Source of the DNA: Candidatus Omnitrophota bacterium
GTDB taxonomy: Bacteria; Omnitrophota; Gorgyraeia; Gygaellales; Profunditerraquicolaceae
Assembly (NCBI GenBank): GCA_041661605.1
Contig: JBAZUE010000001.1
Coordinates: 734,928 to 798,927, forward strand
Reading direction: 5' to 3'
Length of the DNA: 64,000 nucleotides
Numbering within the stretch: position 1 is the first letter of the stretch; each line of letters opens with the position of its first letter. Below the pieces are notes generated by a model, which was not told the origin of the DNA, searched no databases, and worked only from the letters and a program-made list of their open reading frames with translations. The position numbers were made by a program, and so were the translations under genes. Shown piece after piece: positions 20,179 through 28,055 of the stretch.

Positions 20179-21147
20179 TTAAACCAAACCTGCCTTAAGC
20201 AGGTCCTGAATATCCAGTAAGCCTACCGGCCGCATAAATTTATCCACTACGGGAACCTCATCTATTTTCCTGGCCTGTAATATGCGCATTGCCTCGGCAG
20301 CCAGCATATCCTTATTTACAACGGCCGGATTTTTAGTCATCACCTCTTTAATCAACCGATGCGCCAGGTTCTCATCGCTCTCCAGGTGACGGCGTAAATC
20401 TCCGTCGGTGAATATCCCTTTCAACTTGCCATTCTTATCTACAACCGTTGCTGAACCTGCCCTGGCGCGGGTAATCGCGCATAAAACCTGTGAAACTTTC
20501 TTATTCTCATCTACCACGGCATTTGCCTGTGCCCGGCGCATAATGTCCTCAACTTTTAAAAGCAGCCGCCTGCCTAAAGCTCCTCCAGGATGAAAAAAAG
20601 CAAAATCTTTTTCTTTAAAACCTTTCAGCTCCAGAAGGCATACTGCCAAAGCATCCGCCATGGCCAAAGTAGCGGTGGTCGAAGCTGTAGGAGCCAGGCC
20701 TAAAGGGCAGGCTTCTTTTTCAACCGAAACATCCAAAACCACATCACTGTATTTGGCAAGGACTGATTTTACATTCCCGGTAAGCGAAATGATCGGCGAG
20801 CCTATCTTCTTAAGTATAGGCAACAGCTGCTTCATTTCCTCAGTCGAACCGCTGTTAGAAAGAATAATCACCACATCATCATCGGTAACCTTGCCCAAAT
20901 CTCCATGGATGGCCTCTGCGGTATGCATAAATAAACTGGGCGTCCCGGTAGAAGCAAGTGTCGCGGAGAGTTTCTGCCCGATAATGCCGGTTTTTCCCAT
21001 TCCGCTGACTACGACTCTGCCTTTATTTTTAAGGATTAACTCGATCGCTTTGACAAACCCCTTGTTCAGACGGCCCTTAAGCAGCTTTATTGCCTGCGCC
21101 TCAATATCCAAGACCTCTTTTGCCCGCTTAATCACATTTATTTTCAT
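20179..21147 (-). CDS. kdsD: arabinose 5-phosphate isomerase (SIS + tandem CBS)
   Basis: RVVVSGMGKTGIIGQKLSATLASTGTPS SIS motif, a C-terminal CBS pair, and kds cluster context. Confidence 0.9.
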   Translation of the reverse strand: MKINVIKRAKEVLDIEAQAIKLLKGRLNKGFVKAIELILKNKGRVVVSGMGKTGIIGQKLSATLASTGTPSLFMHTAEAIHGDLGKVTDDDVVIILSNSGSTEEMKQLLPILKKIGSPIISLTGNVKSVLAKYSDVVLDVSVEKEACPLGLAPTASTTATLAMADALAVCLLELKGFKEKDFAFFHPGGALGRRLLLKVEDIMRRAQANAVVDENKKVSQVLCAITRARAGSATVVDKNGKLKGIFTDGDLRRHLESDENLAHRLIKEVMTKNPAVVNKDMLAAEAMRILQARKIDEVPVVDKFMRPVGLLDIQDLLKAGLV

Positions 21148-21956
21148 AGCGCACGCTCAATCTTTTTAATTTGTTTTAACAAGGCTTCCAATTCTTTAAA
21201 ATTAATCATATTCGCTCCATCACAAGGGGCTGTTTTAGGATCGATATGCACCTCCAAAAATAAACCATCACAGCCAAAAGCCACAGCTGCCCTGGATAGA
21301 CCCGCAACAAACTCACTCTGTCCGCCGGAACAAGCGCCCTTGCCTCCGGGAAGCTGCACGCTATGCGTGGCATCATAAATCACAGGATAGCCAAACCCGC
21401 GCATAATCGAAAGAGCCCGGAAATCTGTAACCAGATTATTATAGCCAAAACTTACCCCTCTTTCCGTAATCAAAATATTTTTGTTCCCGGCGGATTCTAC
21501 CTTTTTTATTATCGGTAAAATATCCCATGGCGCCAGGAACTGTCCTTTTTTGATATTCACGGCCTTGCCGGTTCTTGCCGCAGCCAGCATAATATCTGTT
21601 TGACGGCACAAAAATGCCGGGATCTGAATAATATCCAGGACTTTAGCTGCCGCGGGCATATCTTTTGCGCAATGCACATCACTCAAAACAGGTATTTTAA
21701 GCTGCTGTTTTACTTTCTTAAGGATAGCCAATCCCCTGGTTAATCCCGGGCCGCGGTAAGAATCAACTGAAAGCCGGTTGGCCTTATCAAAACTGGACTT
21801 AAAGATAAACGGGACTCCGCATGAAGCTGCGATACCTTTAATCCTGCCGGCAGCTTCAAGGCAGGAGCTTTCCGATTCAATAACGCAAGGTCCGGCAATA
21901 AGTACGAGCGGATTCTTTTCGCCAAACTTTATATTTCCCACATTAACCTGACGCAT
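21144..21956 (-). CDS. kdsA: 3-deoxy-8-phosphooctulonate synthase
   Basis: LIAGPCVIES, FKSSFDKANR, QIPAFLCRQTD, DATHSVQLPGG blocks. Confidence 0.95.
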   Translation of the reverse strand: MRQVNVGNIKFGEKNPLVLIAGPCVIESESSCLEAAGRIKGIAASCGVPFIFKSSFDKANRLSVDSYRGPGLTRGLAILKKVKQQLKIPVLSDVHCAKDMPAAAKVLDIIQIPAFLCRQTDIMLAAARTGKAVNIKKGQFLAPWDILPIIKKVESAGNKNILITERGVSFGYNNLVTDFRALSIMRGFGYPVIYDATHSVQLPGGKGACSGGQSEFVAGLSRAAVAFGCDGLFLEVHIDPKTAPCDGANMINFKELEALLKQIKKIERAL

Positions 21957-22696
21957 TAGCTTATCCCCTTTTGTAATAAAGCTTTAAGCTTCTCTAAATC
22001 TTCAGGAGTATCCACGCTTATAGTGTCAAATTTAGTTTCAATCACTTTAATTTTAAAACCTTCAGCCAAAACACGCAACTGTTCAAGTTTCTCTGTTTTC
22101 TCAAGATTGGAAACAGGCAGGTTCTTATAAATAAAAAGGAAATCTTTGGTATAACCATAAAGGCCGATATGTTTGTAGTAAGTTGTCTCTTTGATCTCTG
22201 CGTTCGGAGCTAAATACGGGATGGGGGCGCGCGAAAAATACAAAGCAAGGTTATTCTTCCCCACCACTACCTTCACCACGTTTGGATCGGTTACCTCTGC
22301 CGGATCAACAATCTTCTTCATAATCGTCGCCATACTAAGAGAGCTGTCTTCTAATAAAGCGCGAGCGACATTATCGATCATCATTGGATGGATCAAAGGC
22401 TCATCACCCTGGATATTGATAACAACCTTAACATCCAAAGGATTAACCACCTCACTGATCCTGTCGGTTCCACAGGTATGTTCTTTAGAGGTCATCACGG
22501 TCTTGGCCCCGAATTTAATTGCTGCTTTTTGGATTATTTCATCGTCGCAGGCAATGATCAAATCATCCAGTATGCGGCTTGACTTAGCCCGTTCCCAGAC
22601 ATGCTGCAACATAGGCTTGCCCATAATATCCGCCAAGACCTTGCCCTTAAACCTGGTAGATGAATACCTGGCCGGTATGACTCCGATTACATCCAT
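21956..22696 (-). CDS. kdsB: 3-deoxy-manno-octulosonate cytidylyltransferase (CMP-KDO synthetase)
   Basis: VIPARYSSTRFKGKVLADIMGKPM N-terminus, NIQGDEPL, and EKLEQLR near the C-terminus. Confidence 0.92.
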   Translation of the reverse strand: MDVIGVIPARYSSTRFKGKVLADIMGKPMLQHVWERAKSSRILDDLIIACDDEIIQKAAIKFGAKTVMTSKEHTCGTDRISEVVNPLDVKVVINIQGDEPLIHPMMIDNVARALLEDSSLSMATIMKKIVDPAEVTDPNVVKVVVGKNNLALYFSRAPIPYLAPNAEIKETTYYKHIGLYGYTKDFLFIYKNLPVSNLEKTEKLEQLRVLAEGFKIKVIETKFDTISVDTPEDLEKLKALLQKGIS

Positions 22697-22697
22697 T

Positions 22698-23711
22698 TTA
22701 TTTAATCCTCTCCAAAAGTTCCCGGGAGCTTGTTACCGCTGTTCCCAATTTGCCCACGACAATACCCGCGGCGAAATTAGCGATATGCGCTGCCTCAAGC
22801 TTTGAGGCGCCGGAGCAAAGCGCCAGGGTAAAACTGCTGATTACCGTATCCCCTGCCCCGGATACATCAAAAACTTCCTGCGCTTGCGTAGGGATATGCG
22901 TCATGCAGCCATTCCTTTCAAACAATTTCATCCCCTGCTCACCCAAAGTTACCAGAATAGAATCCAGGTTTAAATACTCCGTAATCTGCCGGGCCGCTGA
23001 ATCAACATCCTTATCAGTGAATAACCTGTCGGTATTAATCTTAAACCTGTTATTTGTATCTTTTATCTTAAGGTTCCTGATAGCATTCTCTAATTCCCTG
23101 CGGTTAGGAGTTATTGAAGTCACCCCGCGGTAATATTGAAAATTCTCTTCCTTAGGGTCTACGGTAATAATCTTTTTGCAGGCCTGGGCTAAAGAAACAA
23201 GCCGGCCAAGAAGCTCCACATTAATTACCCCTTTGCCGTAATCTTCAATAATAAGAGCGTCAAATGACCTGATGTTCTTTTCGACATATTTCAAGATCTT
23301 TAAATTCAACTCCTCCGGAAGGTCATGCGTATGTTCCCAATCCACCCTTACTACCTGCTGATGCCCGGCAAGGATGCGCGTCTTTACGGTAGTATGCCTT
23401 TTGTTTTCTTTAAAAATACCCCGTGTATTAATCTTTCTTTTTCTTAACTCCGCGAATAATATCCTGGAATTGGCGTCACCCCCTGTAACCCCCACCAAAG
23501 AAACCTCCGCGCCTAGAGAACGGATATTATTTGCAACATTGGCCGTACCCCCGGGGACAAAGGTGCGTTTATTTGCCCAAAGCACAGGAACCGGGGCTTC
23601 CGGAGAGATCCTCTCTACGCTGCCCCATATATACTCATCAAGAATCAGGTCGCCAATCACTAAAATCTTTGCTTTATTGAATTTTCGGATGATCTTGCTT
23701 AGATTCTTCAT
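22698..23711 (-). CDS. hldA: D-glycero-beta-D-manno-heptose-7-phosphate kinase (RfaE domain I only; no adenylyltransferase domain)
   Basis: pfkB-family sugar kinase. ILVIGDLILDEYIWGSVERISPEAPVPV is the RfaE/HldE domain I N-terminus, with DVSGAGDTV near the C-terminus. 337 aa, so kinase only. Confidence 0.8.
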   Translation of the reverse strand: MKNLSKIIRKFNKAKILVIGDLILDEYIWGSVERISPEAPVPVLWANKRTFVPGGTANVANNIRSLGAEVSLVGVTGGDANSRILFAELRKRKINTRGIFKENKRHTTVKTRILAGHQQVVRVDWEHTHDLPEELNLKILKYVEKNIRSFDALIIEDYGKGVINVELLGRLVSLAQACKKIITVDPKEENFQYYRGVTSITPNRRELENAIRNLKIKDTNNRFKINTDRLFTDKDVDSAARQITEYLNLDSILVTLGEQGMKLFERNGCMTHIPTQAQEVFDVSGAGDTVISSFTLALCSGASKLEAAHIANFAAGIVVGKLGTAVTSSRELLERIK

Positions 23712-24640
23712 ATCTTTTCAATTACCGCCTGTGCCAAAAGAGGCAGCATTATCTCATGATGGCCGATAATATAATAACCCCTGCCCCCTGAATTAGTAGG
23801 ACGGGCCACTACATTCTGCGCCGGCCGATAATGATAAATCATATCAAAATTGGCAGTGGTAAAATCCTTAACCTTATTCCCAAGGTTACGTGCCAGATTA
23901 AGCGCCTTTAAGAACACTTCGGGTAAAATAACCGCCGAACCAAAATTTAAAACCACTCCCCCCTGGTTTAACGCGCGGATATTCTCAACAAGAGTATGGA
24001 AATCACGTAATGAGCCTTCGGCGGTAAGCCCGGCGTCAAATGAAGGGTGCTGATGGATTATATCCGTACCGATTCCCACAAAAACACATACCGGCACATT
24101 GTATTTATAAGCGTTATAAAGCAGGCTCAAATTCTTATACGGCAAATTCTCATCGGAAATCATTTTTCCTACCGCTCTTCCCAAACCCAAGCCCTCGCTT
24201 ACCCCGTCTTTAACCGCCTGGTTAATAAAATCAGCGGTTTCTTTACCCATACCGAAGCTTCCGTTTTTAAGGTTTTCAGCAACATCTTCGGAGGTCTTTG
24301 CCTGGAAAGCAATCTCAAAATCATGGATGATCCCGGCGCCATTAAGGCAAATGCAGCTAATCACTTTTTGCTTGATCAACTCAATCAATACCGGATTAAG
24401 CCCGCACTTTATTACATGGGCGCCGGCCATAAAGATTACCGCTTTTTTCTTCTTCCTGGCTGCGGCAATATCCGAAGAAACTACGAGCAAATCTCTGGCC
24501 TTTAATATATCCGGCAGAGAGCTTAAGAACCCCCTAAAACTCTTGAGTTTAGCCGGAGCAAGCGCGAAATCCCCCTTATTTACCTTGCTAAAGCGGGTTT
24601 TAATCGAATATCTTTTTACCTTCGCTAAGTTAATCGTCAT
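23708..24640 (-). CDS. deoxyhypusine synthase-like (DHS-fold) family protein, function unknown
   Basis: By-eye alignment to DHS: [45 protein letters not shown] vs human [65 protein letters not shown] vs [21 protein letters not shown]; C-terminal [10 protein letters not shown] vs LVFPLLVAETF. ATGA overlap with hldA. Confidence 0.45.
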   Translation of the reverse strand: [310 protein letters not shown]

Positions 24641-24664
24641 TGGAATCCTTCGCTTTGCTCAGGA

Positions 24665-24700
24665 CATTAAGCTTTAATGTTTAACTCCAAAAGCTTAATG
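24665..24700 (-). promoter_or_regulatory. AT-rich 11-bp hairpin in the leader of the DHS-like/hldA/kds operon
   Basis: Minus strand CATTAAGCTTT (24700-24690), 14-nt loop, AAAGCTTAATG (24675-24665), perfect complementarity. Followed by TCCTGAGCAAAGCGAAGGATTCCA-ATG. Confidence 0.35.
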
Positions 24701-24735
24701 ATTTTATCACAATTCAACGCTAATTCAAACAGAAA

Positions 24736-24993
24736 TATTTCCCGCGCCTGTCTTGGTTTGTTCTTCGCAGGGACGCTTGTTGCGGCCCAGCGTGCCGCAA
24801 CTTCGCTCGGGTCGGCTGGCGTCGCTCTCACTAGTCCCAATTTAGCCGGTGATCCGTGCCCGCTCCTGGCCTCCACGCCCTGCTCAGAATCAAACCAAGC
24901 CATCCGCTAAGATTTCTGGCTTTTGCTTAAGGCACAATTAGAAAATTTTCGTGCCGTAGCAAAAGACGGAAAGCTTAGCGCACGCGGGCAATA
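24736..24993 (-). ncRNA. candidate structured RNA, family unresolved (strand inferred from context only)
   Basis: GC-rich island in an AT-leaning genome, stop-free on both strands. Five nested helices found by hand: 24983-24993/24736-24746, 24974-24980/24905-24911, 24958-24965/24920-24927 (+24951-24955/24931-24935), 24891-24899/24752-24760, 24794-24801/24779-24786. Confidence 0.5.
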
Positions 24994-25014
24994 CCTTGAA
25001 GAGCAAGACATCAA

Positions 25015-27021
25015 TTAGCCTTTGAGTATGGATTCGGCGGCGGAGAGCACATCCTCTACGCTGATTGCCTTAAGGCAGGCAAACTCTTTTTTGCAATTAT
25101 GCGCCAGGCATTGAATGCAACCTATATCTTTATGCAAGTATTTATCCTGCCTGCCTAACGGCCCCCAGCGCCGCGGGCTAAGCCCGGCTTGATTGCGCCC
25201 AAAGATAGAAATAACCGGAACCCCTAAGCTTGAGGCAATATGCACCGGCCCGGAATCATTAGAAATAAATAAAACGCACCTCTTAAGAATACTGGCCAGC
25301 TGGCTTACCGAAGTCTTGCCTGATAAATTTAACGCCTTATCCCCTATTTTTTCGGCAATCATATTCGCAAGAGGAATATCCTTAGGCCCTGACACAATCA
25401 GGATCTTAAGATTATGCCTGCCGGCTAATATTTCCGCAGCCTGTGCAAAGTTATCTTGCGGCCATATCTTCGAAGGACAACTTGCCCCAGGATTAATCGC
25501 CAGTAATTTATCCGCCTCCTTAATACCGTAGCTGGCAAATAAATCTTTGGTCCACTGCTCTGATTCCGGCCTTATAGGCATAAATAAATCCTGTGCGTTA
25601 CCACTTATGCCTAAGCTAGAAATCAAATCCAGGTTATATTCTGCTTCATGCATGCGGCCTTCTTGTTTTACATGCACTCTTGCAAGGTTATTCAGAAAAC
25701 CAAATTTTCGGTTATAGCCTAAACGCTTGGGGATACCGGCTAAAAAAACTAACAGGTGCATGCGGTTAGTCGGATGCAAAATTACCGCCAAATCAAATTT
25801 CTTGTTTCTTAACCTGCGGGCGAATTTAAGGCAGCGCAGCCAGCTCTTATGTTTAATATCTTTATCATAAATTATAACTTCATCCAAATATGGATTTCCT
25901 TCCACGATATCCCGGGCATAAGGAGCAACCACCATAGAAATATAAGCCTGGGGATATTTTTCCCTTAAGGCTTTAATCACAGGGGTAGACAACAACACAT
26001 CCCCTATGCGGTCAGTACGCACAACTAAAATGCGCCGGTACTCTACCCGGGCGGTTTCCTTTTCCTTATCTTTAAGTAAAAGATTTATCTGTCCAAACAC
26101 ATCATCAACCTTAATGCAGGATAGACATGCAAGGCTGCCAAAACGGCACTGGGCTTTTTCGCATGGACGGCAAAATATATCTTTTTTTATAATTATTTTC
26201 TCCTGCGACCACGGCCCGTATTTATTTTCATCCGTCGGGCCGAATATTGCGGCAACCGGAACATTCAGGTAACTAGCCAAATGCATAACCGCGCTGTCAT
26301 TAGTAATCAAAAGCCTGGCTTTTTTTAGCAAGGCGGCCAGCTGGCTGATCGAGGTTTTAGAGCAAAGATCGATAATCTTTTCCGGATGCGCCTGGCGGAC
26401 ATATGCGCATGCAGGCTCATCGGTTTTATCCCCCACCAAAATTACCTCCCAACCCTCCTTAATAAGCCGGTTGCAAAGCCGGCTAAAATTCTGCTTATCC
26501 CAACGCTTGATCTGGCTCCTTGCCCCGGGAGCCACCACTATCAATTTAGAGGTATCAGATATTTTTTTTTCATTTAAAATTCCTTCAATAAATTTCCTAT
26601 CTTCGGGGGAGATAACCAATGACTGCTGTTTCTTGCTCCTGAAGGGATAATCCGCAAAACCAGCCCAAAATAAATGCCTGTCCTTCATATGTTTGAATTT
26701 CCCGGGTATAAAACGCAGCGGCGAACTTCTTTTTTTAGCAGGCAGGAAAGCTCCGAAAAAACTGTTGCGCAAATCAACAACTATATCAAATTTCTCTTTG
26801 CTCAAAGAAAAAAACAATTTTATCTTATCGGTCAATTTGGCGTGCTTATCAAAGACAATTATTTTATCTACCGCGGGATTATTAACAAAAATCTCCTTAG
26901 GACGCTCAGGCACAAGGCAGCTGATCAAAGCCCCGGGATATTCATTGCGCAATGCGTCTAAAACCGGCAAGGTCAGGATACAGTCGCCGATATTGCTTAA
27001 GGTTATAAAAAGTATCTTCAT
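25015..27021 (-). CDS. tandem glycosyltransferase family 9 (heptosyltransferase-like) fusion protein
   Basis: 668 aa with two complete GT9 units. Unit 1 is MKILFITLSNIGDCILTLPVLDALR...NDSAVMHLA...CRPCEKAQCRFGSLACLSCIKVDDV. Unit 2 is RILVVRTDRIGDVLLSTPVIKALR...NDSGPVHIA...CIQCLAHNCKKEFACLKAISVEDV. Confidence 0.8.
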   Translation of the reverse strand: MKILFITLSNIGDCILTLPVLDALRNEYPGALISCLVPERPKEIFVNNPAVDKIIVFDKHAKLTDKIKLFFSLSKEKFDIVVDLRNSFFGAFLPAKKRSSPLRFIPGKFKHMKDRHLFWAGFADYPFRSKKQQSLVISPEDRKFIEGILNEKKISDTSKLIVVAPGARSQIKRWDKQNFSRLCNRLIKEGWEVILVGDKTDEPACAYVRQAHPEKIIDLCSKTSISQLAALLKKARLLITNDSAVMHLASYLNVPVAAIFGPTDENKYGPWSQEKIIIKKDIFCRPCEKAQCRFGSLACLSCIKVDDVFGQINLLLKDKEKETARVEYRRILVVRTDRIGDVLLSTPVIKALREKYPQAYISMVVAPYARDIVEGNPYLDEVIIYDKDIKHKSWLRCLKFARRLRNKKFDLAVILHPTNRMHLLVFLAGIPKRLGYNRKFGFLNNLARVHVKQEGRMHEAEYNLDLISSLGISGNAQDLFMPIRPESEQWTKDLFASYGIKEADKLLAINPGASCPSKIWPQDNFAQAAEILAGRHNLKILIVSGPKDIPLANMIAEKIGDKALNLSGKTSVSQLASILKRCVLFISNDSGPVHIASSLGVPVISIFGRNQAGLSPRRWGPLGRQDKYLHKDIGCIQCLAHNCKKEFACLKAISVEDVLSAAESILKG

Positions 27022-28055
27022 GATTTTCTGATCTTCTTGACTTGAGCCAGGACATCTTCAGGAGTAACTGCTTTCATACAGCGGTTATCCTTGCAATTTA
27101 CCCTATAACACGGAACCGGGCAGCCGGAATCTTTCTGTAAAATAACCACGTTGGAATCCGGATACGGGCCGGTAATCTCCCTGGCTGTCGGGCCAAAGAT
27201 TGCGATTATCTTTCTGGACCCTACGGCATTGGCAATATGCATTGGCCCGGTATCGGCGGTAATAAATAAATCTACTCTTCTGGCCAAAGCGCCTAAATGT
27301 TTTATATTGAAAACTCCGCAGGCAACCAGAGGCTTTTGTTTCATTTTTTCTTTTATCTGCTTAACCAGCGGCAAATCAGAGATACTTCCGGTTATAATTA
27401 CTTTCACTTTTATTTCACTAATCAATTTATCCGCCAACTGAGCCCAATATTCCCTGGGCCAGCGTTTAGGCAGCCAGTTCCCCCCCGGATTAAGCGCGAC
27501 TATAAAATCATCCTTGCCGGCCATGTTCTTGGCCAAGAAATCATCCACATATTTTGCTTCTTCAGCAGTAAAAATAAAATCCAGATACCTGTCTTCGACG
27601 CGCAGGCCGGCCTTTTCAATAACATTTAGATAAAAATCTATACGATGCAGGGAATCCTGTTTGGGCATATTGATTTTCTTGGTTAGAAGAAAGGAACGTT
27701 TTTTAGTATTATAGCCAATCCTCTGTTCTATGCCCGCCAGCCGGCAGATCAATGCCCGGCTAAATGATCGGTGCAGCAGGAAAACTGTATCAAATCTCCT
27801 GTTTTTAAGCATGCTGATAAAATTAAGCTTTGCCAATATTCCCTTGTGCCTGTCTTTTTCATCGAAGATAATCACTTCATCTAAATACGGATTGCCTTTT
27901 AATATCGGGTAACAACGGCTGGGAATTACACAGGCGATATAGCTTTCGGGGTAGTTCCTGCGCACATTCCTGATGGTTGCGGTAGAAAATAAAACATCCC
28001 CCAGCCAGTTAACATTAAAAATAAGTATACGCTTTAGCTGTTTAACCCTGCTCAT
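27018..28055 (-). CDS. glycosyltransferase family 9 (LPS heptosyltransferase-like)
   Basis: RILIFNVNWLGDVLFSTATIRNVR, TADTGPMHIA, C-terminal CPVPCYRVNCKDNRCMKAVTPEDV. 4-nt overlaps on both sides. Confidence 0.85.
   Translation of the reverse strand: MSRVKQLKRILIFNVNWLGDVLFSTATIRNVRRNYPESYIACVIPSRCYPILKGNPYLDEVIIFDEKDRHKGILAKLNFISMLKNRRFDTVFLLHRSFSRALICRLAGIEQRIGYNTKKRSFLLTKKINMPKQDSLHRIDFYLNVIEKAGLRVEDRYLDFIFTAEEAKYVDDFLAKNMAGKDDFIVALNPGGNWLPKRWPREYWAQLADKLISEIKVKVIITGSISDLPLVKQIKEKMKQKPLVACGVFNIKHLGALARRVDLFITADTGPMHIANAVGSRKIIAIFGPTAREITGPYPDSNVVILQKDSGCPVPCYRVNCKDNRCMKAVTPEDVLAQVKKIRKS

Noticed and set aside
24667-24910. Two ~77-aa ORFs (24667-24903 minus, 24677-24910 plus) inside the long intergenic gap
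   Set aside because: They overlap each other almost completely on opposite strands. They lack SD/start context and have Ala/Arg/Gly/Pro-rich composition driven by local GC-richness. They coincide with the nested helices, so stop-free GC-rich RNA structure explains them better than coding.
24736-24993. Assigning the structured element to a known RNA family (RNase P, tmRNA, SRP, 6S, cobalamin, ZTP, ykkC, c-di-GMP-I)
   Set aside because: I could not find the diagnostic motifs: GGAAAGUCC for RNase P P4, a T-arm plus CCA-type 3' end for tmRNA, GGAA...AGCAGC for SRP helix 8, or GCCACUG for the B12 box. There were only weak partial resemblances (GCCAGGAGC, GCCGCAAC, GGGTCGGCTGGCG). The closing stem plus 5' hairpin plus long arm topology loosely recalls Alu-containing SRP RNAs, but that is not enough to make a call.
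24641-25014. JUMPStart/ops (GGCGGTAG) RfaH element upstream of the LPS operon
   Set aside because: I looked for the 8-mer on the minus strand and did not find it.
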